The notes beneath the pieces are model-generated. The model saw only the letters and a program-made list of their open reading frames with translations. It searched no databases and was not told where the DNA came from. DNA of 39,923 bases from Octopus bimaculoides (Eukaryota). Shown here piece by piece: positions 11,540 to 23,422 of the stretch. The position numbers and the translations under genes were made by a program. The stretch spans positions 1,936,053 through 1,975,975 of the forward strand of contig NC_068985.1 in assembly GCF_001194135.2 (NCBI RefSeq), given 5' to 3'. Positions within the stretch are counted from its first letter, which is position 1, and the number at the start of each line of letters is the position of its first letter.

Positions 11540-12240
11540 ACATGGTGTAATTGTGCAGACATATGTTGAAACACATATGGCCTTCTATTGCATCCATTGT
11601 CTATCCAGAGCTTAACAATTATTTCCAGGACTTCAATGTAGGTGGCAGAGTTAACTCTAAGGCTTTGTGGAAAGAAGGTGGCATCACATGTCCTTTATTG
11701 CTAACAACCCCTAAAACCACGACAGTTGCACAAAATTTTGTATGCATAACTCTTGGAACTGCAGAAGAGTCTACACATAACAATCTGTCATTTCTTCTGT
11801 AAACATTTTGATCCAGCAGGATTTTTCAGTTTGTTTAAGAGCCTTTTAGATCTGATGTAGTGATTTTCTTTTGCTTTTTCTGACTTAAATTTACCTTTCC
11901 TCATCATATAAGACTTATATCTGATGTCTTCGTGGACAACATTTCTGATTGTTCTTTCTGACACAGGGAGATCTTTTGCAATTGACCTCATGGACTTTCA
12001 GGGATTGTAATCAATGATCTGTTGAACTTGCTGGATAAGTTTAGGTGTTTTGATAATTTCAGGGCATTTGGAATGCTTTTTTATGCTTTGATATTGGTGA
12101 TACGCTTCTATCTCCAGTCTTTTACTCCTAACAAACTTTGTAGACAAAAGATCTGGCAACTTCTAAAAATCTTACTCCTCATAGAAAGAAGGACACCTCT
12201 TCTTTATTTATTTAACTTCCACCAGAGTTGTCTCTGTTAA
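11540..12240 (-). mobile_element. maT-like Tc1/mariner transposase remnant
   Basis: Minus translation: MRSIAKDLPVSERTIRNVVHEDIRYKSY (HTH), RSKRLLNKLKNP, VPRVMHTKF.ATVVVLGVVSNKGHVMPP, RVNSATYIEVLE, RPYVFQ. First catalytic Asp region deleted, second mutated, no TIRs found. Confidence 0.85.
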
Positions 12241-12629
12241 AGTTACACAAAAATATGTGGTGGGCATAAAATGGCAATAAATTAAGTCCACTAACTAGAT
12301 TTGGTCGATGTAGAAATGCAAAGAGGCATGATGGTCAAGTCTGGAATGTCCTAGGGATAAAGAATATTCACAGTCTTCATTAAGACAGCAAGAGATAAAG
12401 CTGTATGAAAACAGATCAAGAAATATTGATTATTATTAAACTTTTAGGAAATAATAAAAACGGTAATCTGGTTCTGGAAATCTGCCCTGAAATTTGTCTC
12501 AGAAGATGAAAGTAAATTGTGCAGAAAGGACTCACTCCCCCAGGGAGGGAAGCTTTAGCTCTCCCATTTGGTTCTTGTCTCTTTATGATGTAAAAATACT
12601 TTATTATTCATAGATTTTATACAGTGTGT

Positions 12630-12760
12630 AGACAGGTGGGTGGGTAGGTAGGTAGGTGGGTGGGTAGGTAGGTAGGTAGTTAGGTAGATAGATAGATAGA
12701 TAGACAGATGGAAAGGTGATATATAAATAGATAGACAGACAGACAGACAGACAGATAGAT

Positions 12761-12793
<33 letters not shown>

Positions 12794-12809
12794 TGGCTGA
12801 TAGGTAGGC

Positions 12810-12844
<35 letters not shown>

Positions 12845-12990
12845 TAGACAGACAGATGGACGGACTGACGGACAGATGGATGGATGGATGGATACACAGA
12901 CAGACGGACGGATGGACGGATGGACAGACAGACGAATGGAGAAACAGACAGGAAGACAGACAAGCAGATAGAGAGAGAGAGAGAGAGAGA
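12630..12990. repeat. Compound (AGGT)/(AGAT)/(AGAC)/(GGAT)/(AG)n microsatellite
   Basis: Direct inspection. Confidence 0.9.
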
Positions 12991-13120
12991 CCAAAATATG
13001 ATAAGTGATAAGGAAATGGAAAATCAGTTACATCATGGCTTTTCTGGCCATAAACAGACAATTCTTCAGCTAAATGCCATGATGAGTAAAAGATTTCCAG
13101 AGAAAAAGAAAGAACCAGAG

Positions 13121-13204
13121 CAGCAGCAGCAGCAGCAGCAGGTCTGGTCAGCTCCGATGGAGACCCAAACTCCGATGGAGACCCAAACTCCGATGGAGCA
13201 GACC
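13121..13204. repeat. (CAG)7 plus 18-bp tandem repeat CTCCGATGGAGACCCAAA x2.6
   Basis: Units at 13152-13169, 13170-13187 and partial 13188-13199. Confidence 0.85.
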
Positions 13205-13258
13205 TGGAGGATAAGCTTTCCTCACTGGATAACTGTGACATATTTCTGCTTTCTGTTT

Positions 13259-13465
13259 CTTCTTTTTACTTGTTCCAGTCATTAAACTGGTCATGCTGGA
13301 GCACAACCTCCAAGGATTTTTAACTGACCCCAGGACTTATTTTGTTTTCTTTAAGCCTTGAACTTATTCTATTGGTCTCTTTTGCTAAACTGCTAAGTTA
13401 TGGAGATGTAAACATCAATACTGGTTTCCATGTGGTGGTAAGGGACAAACACAAATACACACACA

Positions 13466-13516
<51 letters not shown>

Positions 13517-13555
13517 ACACATGCACATACACTCAAACATATGTATATGTATGTA

Positions 13556-13607
<52 letters not shown>

Positions 13608-13763
13608 AAAATATATATAGATATAATGGGCTTCTTTCAGTTTCCTTCTACCAAATCCACTCACAAAGCTTTGGTCAACCCAACGCTATAGTAGAAGACA
13701 CTTGCCCAAGGTGCCACACAATGGGACTGAGGCCAGAACCAAGATTCTTACGACACGGCCACA
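13259..13763 (-). mobile_element. Family A SINE with expanded internal microsatellite
   Basis: Family landmarks on both sides of a roughly 160-nt (CA)/(TG)/(TA) tract. Confidence 0.8.
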
Positions 13764-14732
13764 AAGAAGCTGAGGATGCTGCACAGCCAATATTTCCTTT
13801 CCGAAAATGGTGGAGTTTCGTTTCTAGAAGACTTGGCTGCTTTTTCCAGCCCAGGATGAGTGACCACGTAGAGGCTCACTCAGTGATTCAATCACCACCC
13901 ATTAACAGATACATCTGGTCAGCAGAGGTCAGCAGAAGCATGAGATAAATGAATATTCAATCATGGAAACATGAACAGATTGAGGGTGGTGGAGAAGGAG
14001 GATGGGTGGAGGGGGTGATAAATGGGGGGGGGGACAGTTGGATGGGTGGCTGTTTGGCTGTGATGGATGAGCAGCAGCGAGTCGGATAGATAAATAGGAG
14101 ATGAAATAAGATTGATAGATTTTGGTAGGAGTTACATACACACATGCAGCAACACACACNNNNNNNNNNNNNNNNNNNNNNNNNNNNNNNNNNNNNNNNN
14201 NNNNNNNNNNNNNNNNNNNNNNNNNNNNNNNNNNNNNNNNNNNNNNNNNNNNNNNNNNNNNNNNNNNNNNNNNNNNNNNNNNNNNNNNNNNNNNNNNNNN
14301 NNNNNNNNNNNNNNNNNNNNNNNNNNNNNNNNNNNNNNNNNNNNNNNNNNNNNNNNNNNNNNNNNNNNNNNNNNNNNNNNNNNNNNNNNNNNNNNNNNNN
14401 NNNNNNNNNNNNNNNNNNNNNNNNNNNNNNNNNNNNNNNNNNNNNNNNNNNNNNNNNNNNNNNNNNNNNNATATATATATACAAATATATATACATTTTT
14501 ATATATCATTATATATATATTTTTTATACACATAGCTATATACATATGTATATGTATATATGTTATACATATTATATATGTGGACAGTGAGAGAGAGAGA
14601 GAGAAAGAGAGCAGCACAGAAATACATGCATACACATTTACACATGCACAAAAACTAAATACATGCATACACATTTACACATGCACAAAAACTAAATACA
14701 CGCATACATAATACATGTACACACACACACAC

Positions 14733-14771
14733 AAGAAGAAGAAGAAGAAGAAGAAGAAGAAGAAGAAGAAG

Positions 14772-14801
<30 letters not shown>
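14733..14801. repeat. Pure (AAG)n trinucleotide repeat
   Basis: Direct inspection. Confidence 0.95.
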
Positions 14802-14802
<1 letters not shown>

Positions 14803-15324
14803 GGGGAGAAGGAGACTGAAAACTTGTAAAATAGGGAGAAAAGGGGATAGAGGGGGTGGTAGGGGTAAGTGATAGATAAAGAGGCAGACAGCTTGCTGCT
14901 GTTCACAGTAACGAGTGAAGCAAGTGGAGTGAGCCTGGAAAAAGCGGTTGCTAAAGCTCCTTGATGAATCATCTTATAATTGTATCATAGATCTTCATTT
15001 GTAGCAAAGAACTATGCACAGCTCTTCAATTTAGATTTAAAAACCAAAAATATAACGAAACAATAGTCATTTTAGATGCAGTGATACAATTTATCGTTGA
15101 ATGTAGTGCCATCATTAAAACACAGTTATATTTATGAGTGAAATCTGCAGCAGGGTTTCATTTGAATGCAAATCCTACCCATTCAAAGTAGCCTTAACTA
15201 AATAAAATGACATCAGAATAACAGAATAATACAATAATAAAACAGCTGAAACAACGGAAAGAGATGGGGAAAGTAAATGAAACAATTATTGAACTCATAG
15301 AATATATAATACAGTCAAATATGG

Positions 15325-15394
15325 ACACACCCACACACACACACACACTCACACATATACACTCACACATACACATACAAGCATTGTATACATT

Positions 15395-15440
<46 letters not shown>

Positions 15441-15770
15441 AACATGCTCTAACATAGTTGCATTTACATGTGTAAAGTCTCAAATAAACACACATTTGCA
15501 TATACACACATATGTACATATAGACCCCTATTCGTACATGTATGCATATATGCGTGTGTGTGTGTATTATATATATTACATATATACACATATATATGTA
15601 TGTATGTATGTATATATATATGTATACATATATATATATTTTCATGTTTGTATGCATGTATATATGAATGTATGTATAAATGTGTTTGTGTATGTCTGCA
15701 TGCATGCATGTATATATGAATGTATATATGTGTGTTTGTGTGTGTGTGTATGTGTGTACATCTGTATGTA
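15325..15770. repeat. Compound (CA)/(TA)/(TG) microsatellite field
   Basis: Direct inspection, interrupted by short unique stretches. Confidence 0.85.
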
Positions 15771-16073
15771 TCTGTGATTAAAGACACACTCTCATCCTCA
15801 TTGACAAAATACTAGCAGAACAGTGAATGTGGAATGGTGCGCATGTTTATGAAGGAACGGTATTTAGAGGTAGTAGCATGAATTAGTCAGACAGGTGAGT
15901 GTATATATGAGAATGCATGCAAGTAAATATTCTGTTAATCACACATTTAGTTACACTCACCTAGCCCTCTCTCTCTCTCTAGGCATACATTGATGTGACC
16001 ATAGCGATTTGTTTTTTGTGGTGTTTGTTGTTTCACACCATAGAAATGAACATCTACCGATAAAGCCAATTCT

Positions 16074-16074
<1 letters not shown>

Positions 16075-16112
<38 letters not shown>

Positions 16113-16460
16113 CACACACACACAAATATGCACACTCATGCACACACAAACACACATGCACATTATACATATGTGTGTATATATACATTCATGCATACAT
16201 ATACATACACATGCACATGTACATTATATATATATGTGTGTGTATATATACATACATGCATACATACATATACATACACACACACGCATACACACACACA
16301 CACATGCACATTATACATATATGCATGTGTGTATATTTACATACATGCATACATACATACATACATACATATACATATACACATACACATGCATGTTATA
16401 TACATGTGTGTATACATACATGCATACAGGCAAACACACACACACACATACATACACGTA
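16075..16460. repeat. Compound (CA)/(TA) field with recurring cacatgcacattata unit
   Basis: Direct inspection. Confidence 0.85.
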
Positions 16461-16574
16461 TGGATATCCTCACAACCACTGTTCTCTTTTAATGTTCGTT
16501 TTTCTGTGCTGGCATGGGTTGGACTGGTTCACGTGTATGTTGATGGCTGTGTAACCGTGTCTCGTGCATCTGCT

Positions 16575-17039
16575 GCTCTGTCTGCTGATAGACATGGTAT
16601 TGTCTCAGCAGGTGTAACTGGCTTTGATGAGCAATTCTTGGGAAATGCCCTTTAATTAGTGCCAAGAACTTCTAGCTACATTGTTGAAGCTGTTTGGTTA
16701 GACGCAGGATTGAACCAGATTGTCTTTCTCTTTCTGACTTGCTTATAGTTTAGTAATGGGATTGGAGTGTCCCCCACATGTACTAAATTTTCCATGAATC
16801 CATTCCTTGTTATAATGGAGGGGGCCCTATTGAAGATCTCTCTATCAACTGATTGTTTGGAGATTCTTCCACTTATTTCTATGACTAAGTTTCTAACTGC
16901 AGCCAGTGACTAACTGCAGTTTATGTCCATACATTCAGTTTACACATTGGGCTTCTGGTATGAGAAGTACCTGCTCATTTTCAGGGCCAGGGTTATGTCC
17001 AGGAAGTTGACTGTTGACTTTTGTCTAATCAGTGTTGAC

Positions 17040-17040
<1 letters not shown>
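16575..17040 (-). mobile_element. Penelope-like element reverse transcriptase C-terminal/linker fragment, decayed
   Basis: Minus translation TVNFLDITLAL...YQKPN...RNLVIEISGRIS...REIFNRAP...RKRKTIWFNP...NVARS...HFP...IKASYTC matches the PLE motifs VNFLD(I/V)T, KPN, RKRxIxWFNPP and KVSYSC. Contains stops and frameshifts. Confidence 0.85.
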
Positions 17041-17085
<45 letters not shown>

Positions 17086-19295
17086 NNNNNNNNNNNNNNN
17101 NNNNNNNNNNNNNNNNNNNNNNNNNNNNNNNNNNNNNNNNNNNNNNNTATATATCAGTGGTGACTCCAGCTCTCATGTTGTTCGAGTTTAGCCTGAGTAT
17201 AAATTTAGTAAAGTGAACGTGTATTTGCAAGCTGACTTAATTTCTGACAGCACTGGCTTCGAGTATGTAATTGCAGCTAATAATTCAGGCTCCTTTTATT
17301 GAACCTGGTCACAATTCATTTATTTTCATTGAGCATCTGGCGGTGAACTTAGAGGTGCCCTGTGTCAAAGATATCATTCATAACAGACATTCTCTCGACA
17401 TCATTCACAAGCGCTTGACTCAGGCTCCAAAGTTAAAACCTGAGTTGTTGTCTGTAATCGTAAAAATTAAAAGTAATTCAAATTCAATGTTTTCTTGAAA
17501 CAATAAATTTCTATAGAGATTAGGATTTAAATGCCAACCTAGGAAAAGTTTCTGTTCTACGATATTCTTAAAGGAATGAAAAATTATCCAGCAACTCAGG
17601 CTAATATGAACGAGCTTGGTAGGTGTAAAAGAGTAACTGGTATATCTTGTCAGGAGTACAGGTGACAGTCAGATCACTGATGTTTGTTGTGCACTCTGCT
17701 GTCGTTATTTGACTGCTGTTATTCTGTACGCCTGTGTACAAAGATCAGTTGTATTTTACAGGATTGCTTTATATTTCCCCTTAACTTAGAAATGGAGAAA
17801 GACATAGTGCTAGATATATAAAAAAAACATTTGGGGCTAGAAATACTGAGGCAAAATGTGAAATTTGTCAAGCAGGCATCATGTGACTTATGCGAAATCT
17901 GTGATGAGCCCGAGTGACACTGATGACGCCTCTGATATATGTGTGTGCATATATATATATGTGTGTGTATGTGTATGTGTGTGTATTTGTAGGTATACAT
18001 ACACATACAAATGCATATATAGTCAATCCAAACAAGAGCAAGCAAGAAAAAACAACAATGTGAGGACGTGGTACAAGTACTGTGTTATTGGACGCTCAGA
18101 AAAGAAATACAGAAAAAGCCTAAAGAAGGGAAGATGGAGAAAGAAAATCGCAAGCAATACACATGCAATATATATATATATATATATATANNNNNNNNNN
18201 NNNNNNNNNNNNNNNNNNNNNNNNNNNNNNNNNNNNNNNNNNNNNNNNNNNNNNNNNNNNNNNNNNNNNNNNNNNNNNNNNNNNNNNNNNNNNNNNNNNN
18301 NNNNNNNNNNNNNNNNNNNNNNNNNNNNNNNNNNNNNNNNNNNNNNNNNNNNNNNNNNNNNNNNNNNNNNNNNNNNNNNNNNNNNNNNNNNNNNNNNNNN
18401 NNNNNNNNNNNNNNNNNNNNNNNNNNNNNNNNNNNNNNNNNNNNNNNNNNNNNNNNNNNNNNNNNNNNNNNNNNNNNNNNNNNNNNNNNNNNNNNNNNNN
18501 NNNNNNNNNNNNNNNNNNNNNNNNNNNNNNNNNNNNNNNNNNNNNNNNNNNNNNNNNNNNNNNNNNNNNNNNNNNNNNNNNNNNNNNNNNNNNNNNNNNN
18601 NNNNNNNNNNNNNNNNNNNNNNNNNNNNNNNNNNNNNNNNNNNNNNNNNNNNNNNNNNNNNNNNNNNNNNNNNNNNNNNNNNNNNNNNNNNNNNNNNNNN
18701 NNNNNNNNNNNNNNNNNNNNNNNNNNNNNNATATATATATATATATATATACATACATACATACATAGATAGATAGATATAGATATAGAGATAGATATAT
18801 ATATACATACACACTCATAAAGATTCATCATAATGTTCTCTCTGTGAATAATTTCAGCACATATGCATGCATATATCGTAGTGTGTTTGTGCATATGTGT
18901 GTGTGTATGTGTGTGTGTGTGTGTGTATCTATCTAGATAGCTATCTGTCTAAGTGAAGTATGCGTGTGTACATGTTCCGTTGCACAGAAGTGTGTGAAAG
19001 AGTCACAGCTGGAGAATTGGGGACATTCAATATCCGAAGCTCCATTTTATGGGTCCCTTTACTGTTTTTATGTACATTTTTTTAAACCATTTTTTGTCAA
19101 AGACTTCTATGGAGTGCTTATTTCCTTTATCCCTTGATAAGATTATCATCACAATCATTATCATCACATTTCTCCCCCACCTTCCCCTCTTCAGCATCAT
19201 TATCATCACCATCATTGTTATCAAATCGAACTTCATCACCGCCATTGTTTACTTCAACAACAAAAAAAAACCAATACCAAGTTTTCCTATCACGC

Positions 19296-19334
<39 letters not shown>

Positions 19335-19446
19335 AGTTATTATATGTGCATGTAAATACATACATGAACTCTCTTTCTCTCTCTCCTTCAGACACATTCG
19401 CACACACACACACACGTATCACCAGAGACTTTATCACACATACGTA

Positions 19447-19484
<38 letters not shown>

Positions 19485-20326
19485 ACACACACACATACAC
19501 ACACACTAACTCACATACATACTCGGTCATGCACACATACTCCCGAACACTTATGCACACGCTCACTCACTCACACACACACACACACACACACATCATA
19601 CACACACACACACATCATACACACACACACACATCATACACACACACACNNNNNNNNNNNNNNNNNNNNNNNNNNNNNNNNNNNNNNNNNNNNNNNNNNN
19701 NNNNNNNNNNNNNNNNNNNNNNNNNNNNNNNNNNNNNNNNNNNNNNNNNNNNNNNNNNNNNNNNNNNNNNNNNNNNNNNNNNNNNNNNNNNNNNNNNNNN
19801 NNNNNNNNNNNNNNNNNNNNNNNNNNNNNNNNNNNNNNNNNNNNNNNNNNNNNNNNNNNNNNNNNNNNNNNNNNNNNNNNNNNNNNNNNNNNNNNNNNNN
19901 NNNNNNNNNNNNNNNNNNNNNNNNNNNNNNNNNNNNNNNNNNNNNNNNNNNNNNNNNNNNNNNNNNNNNNNNNNNNNNNNNNNNNNNNNNNNNNNNNNNN
20001 NNNNNNNNNNNNNNNNNNNNNNNNNNNNNNNNNNNNNNNNNNNNNNNNNNNNNNNNNNNNNNNNNNNNNNNNNNNNNNNNNNNNNNNNNNNNNNNNNNNN
20101 NNNNNNNNNNNNNNNNNNNNNNNNNNNNNNNNNNNNNNNNNNNNNNNNNNNNNNNNNNNNNNNNNNNNNNNNNNNNNNNNNNNNNNNNNNNNNNNNNNNN
20201 NNNNNNNNNATATATATCAAGAAACAAAGAGAGACAGATTTAGATAGGTAGGTCAATGGATATAGATAGACAGATAGACAGATAGATAGATAGAGAGAAC
20301 AAGAAAGAGAGAGAGAGACATCATGT

Positions 20327-20386
20327 CCAACCCATAGCAGCATGGAAAACGGACGTTAAAGGATGATAATGATGATGATGATGATG
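20327..20386 (+). mobile_element. RTE-type 3' tail fragment
   Basis: ccaacccat...gcatggaaaacggacgttaaa followed by (GAT)n. Confidence 0.75.
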
Positions 20387-20821
20387 TGTATTTGTGTCAA
20401 TTTGTATTTTGTGTGTGTGTGTTTTTTTTTTACTTTTATAGGGTTCATGATTTACTTTTTGTTGTTCCTTTCAATTTCCTTTAAAAATTCTTCACTGCTG
20501 TCTTATCTTCCAAGACATCTCAAAGAATACATTTTATGATTCTACAACTTGTAATTTTTTTAACCTTTAATAACTTATTTTTCTGAAGAATTACGTATTT
20601 GCATATGAAATATTAACCTTGTGTTGTTTATTTTTATAATTCTAGTAGCCATCAGCCACACCTTAACCTTCTGAACAATAATCAAGTGGTGGTGGGAGGT
20701 GAATGTGGTGGGGGTGGAGTGGTGGTGACTGTTGGGGAGAGAGAGAGTTAATGTGGTGGTTTCCCTTCACAAACTCAGACAGAGATAGTTTCAATAGAAT
20801 CCGATCGTTAAGGTGTTGATT

Positions 20822-20880
20822 TGATTTATGGCAGTTTTTATGTGACAGCTGTTTTAATGGTTTCAAAGGTCACAAGTTCA
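20822..20880. promoter_or_regulatory. Candidate enhancer motif cluster (PBX-HOX, MEIS/TGIF, E-box, DR2)
   Basis: TGATTTATGGC 20822-20832, TGACAG 20843-20848, CAGCTG 20846-20851, TTAATGG 20854-20860, AGGTCA-ca-AGTTCA 20867-20880. Motif match only. Confidence 0.3.
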
Positions 20881-20991
20881 AAAAAATCTTTCCTTCTTTA
20901 ATGATTACAATGGGTCCATCAGAAGAGTACATCACTTATTTTGCTTTGTGCCGGTTTAAGGTGATGGAGGGAAAAAATACCATTTCACACC

Positions 20992-21152
20992 TATGCAAGC
21001 TGTATGGTAAAAAGCTTCCTTCCCAGCCACATGGTTTTGGGTTAAGTTTCACGGTGTGGTACCTTGGGCAAGTATCCTCTTCTATTATCTTGGGCTGATG
21101 AAGCCTTATGAGCAGATTTGGAACACAGAAACTGAAAGAAGCCTGTTGTATA
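20992..21152 (+). mobile_element. Family A SINE, 5' half
   Basis: gctgtatggtaa head, ccttgggcaagt, gaaactgaaagaagcc. Confidence 0.75.
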
Positions 21153-21220
21153 CATTTATTCATACATATATAAACATAAACATATATAAACATAAAATAG
21201 GAAATGGAATGTGTAATAAA

Positions 21221-21281
21221 CTTTATTGAGTACAACACATGTTTCAACCCATTGTGGGTCTCTTCAGGTACATCAGTAAAA
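21221..21281 (-). ncRNA. Type I hammerhead ribozyme motif (family H1, copy 1)
   Basis: Minus: ttttactg-at-gtac CTGAAGA gaccc-acaat-gggtt GAA ac-atgt-gt T^ gtac-t-caataaag. Intact core, 5-bp stem II, bipartite stem I, GUU site. Predicted cut between 21234 and 21233. Confidence 0.75.
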
Positions 21282-21320
21282 AATCTCACAAGAGATTCCT
21301 TGAATTGGTTTATATTTTTA

Positions 21321-22962
21321 CACCAGGTGTAACAGCAAAATTGTCACACTCATAAATTCTTAAAATTTCTTAAAAAAACCAATAAACAATTTGCTGTTTT
21401 CTGATTTTTCTAGAGAAGACATCTGGCCATTCTGACACCTGCTTTTGTAAGAAACAGTGAAATACCTATCGAGATATTTAGCTATAAAGAGAAGAGGCTG
21501 AAATTGTTTTGTGCCAGCCTCACCCCGTTTTCCCAAATGAGCAACGTTGAGAGGGCTAAGACCATTCAGGTCTTCAGTAATGGTACCAACACGAATTCTC
21601 TGGCTTCCGTCTTCAAAGTCCATTCAAAAACTATCAAGAGAACTGCGAATAATTTTGACAAAGAGGAAATAGCGGAAGGGAAAGCTGTATCAGGTGGTCA
21701 TAACAGCAAGAAGGATCATCGTTTCAAATTAGAGCTGAAGAGATCAAACAGAAGAGATCCAACTCAAGCCATAAGACGTTTAGCATGTAAGAAAGGAGCT
21801 TTGGCTATGAAAGTTCCAAGAGCGGTGACAGAAGACTTGAAAATGAAATCCTACTGAGACTGTGAGGCATCTTGTTATTCTCGGACAAAAGGTTAGAAGG
21901 TTGGAGGGGGCGAAGATCATCTTGAACAAAGTGAAACATAATCCTGGAGTGATCTTTTACACAGACGAGAAACATTTCACCCAAGATATACATACACAAA
22001 CAGCTGTGTTCTGGCTTCACCTACTCACGAGAGAGCCAAAAATGTCATTTACAGGTACAAAAATCCTGCATTTTCTGATGATTTTTGCTTGTGTGGCTTA
22101 TGATTGCAAGAAGATGCCATTGATCATTTTTGAGAAGGCTGAGAGAGTGGCAGGAATCTGTTACGTTCAGATGTTATGAAAGATGTAAAGACCTGGATTC
22201 TTTCTGAACATCTTGAGGCAAGTGACAAGAAAAACTTAACAAGATCTCTAACAATGTCAAGTTTACATTCCAGCAAGGTGGGTCTCCTTGTCACAAAAGT
22301 GCAGTGGCTCAAAAATTTCTCAGAGACAAGTTTGGGAACAGGTTTAAGGATAAGGACACTTGGCCTCTTTCTTCACCTGATTTGGACCGTTTAGACTCCA
22401 GCATCTGGAATGAAAAGGTCAGAAAAGCTTGGGAGAAGCCCCACAGTAATCTGCAAACCCTCAAAAATTCCATCTGTAGGACATAGGAGGAGGAAGACAT
22501 TGATGAGGAAGACATTGATGAGGAAGACATTGATGANNNNNNNNNNNNNNNNNNNNNNNNNNNNNNNNNNNNNNNNNNNNNNNNNNNNNNNNNNNNNNNN
22601 NNNNNNNNNNNNNNNNNNNNNNNNNNNNNNNNNNNNTGCAGTCAGGAAGTGGGTTGAGGAAGTCATTGCTAAAAGAAGAGCAACTCGTGATGCCTAACAG
22701 GTAGAATTTTGGCCAGAATTGTCTCTGGGACATTAGAGTAAAACTTTAAGCTTCCATTTCGAAATTTCGTCCATCATCAACTTCATCATGATTCTTCCGT
22801 TAAGTTTGGAGAGTAACCAACATTTTTGTCTTGTTCAAAACCACAGTCCAAGAGTATTGGAAACACCTCTGGAAATTCCATTGTTATCTTTAAGCATTCT
22901 TGAGATACAAAGATTCAAAACTAAATCTAATATTTGAACAATTTTGCTGTTGCATCCGGTTT
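21321..22962 (+). mobile_element. maT-like Tc1/mariner element with both TIRs, decayed transposase
   Basis: Left TIR caccaggtgtaacagcaaaattgt (21321) after TA. Right TIR acaattttgctgttgcatccggt (22938), 20/23 match, followed closely by TA. Motifs IFYTDEKHFT, FTFQQ(G)GSPCH, WPLSSPDLDRLDSSIW across frameshifts. Confidence 0.88.
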
Positions 22963-22981
22963 TATACATATATATTATATA

Positions 22982-23350
22982 TCTTTTATCTTTTACTTGT
23001 TTCAGTCATTAGACTGTGGCCATGCTGGGGCTCCACCTTGAAGAAGTTTCAATTAAATCAATCAACCCAAGTACTTTTTTTTTTTCAAGACTCGTGCTTA
23101 TTCTGTCAGTCTCTTGTGCTGAACTGCTAAGTAATGGGGATGCAAACCAGCACTGGTTGTCAAGCTATATACATATACATATATATATGATGGGCTTCTT
23201 TCAGTTTCCATCTACCAAATCCACTCAAAAGGCTTTGGTCTGCTGGAGGCTATGGTAGAAGACACTTGTCCAAGGTGGTATGCAGTAGGGCTGAGCCCTA
23301 GACCATGTGGTTGGAAAGCAAGTTTCTTATCACACAGCCACACCTGTGCA
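22982..23350 (-). mobile_element. Family A SINE (near full length)
   Basis: All family landmarks present. Confidence 0.85.
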
Positions 23351-23377
23351 TACGTGTGTGTGTGTGTGTGTGTGCAT

Positions 23378-23422
<45 letters not shown>

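Noticed and set aside
13152-13199. Palindromic repeats with spacers resembling a mini CRISPR array
   Set aside because: Spacers are identical, units are only 18 bp, the context is eukaryotic and there are no cas genes.
15819-16063. Two-exon reading NSECGMVRMFMKERYLE / AYIDVTIAICFLWCLLFHTIEMNIYR-stop
   Set aside because: The stronger nearby donor (ACAG|gtgagt) is incompatible with the frame, and the peptide is unrecognised.
17150-17700. Unique-looking stretch beyond the gap, possibly the continuation of the Penelope RT
   Set aside because: No PLE or other motif could be read in any frame by eye, so it was left unassigned.
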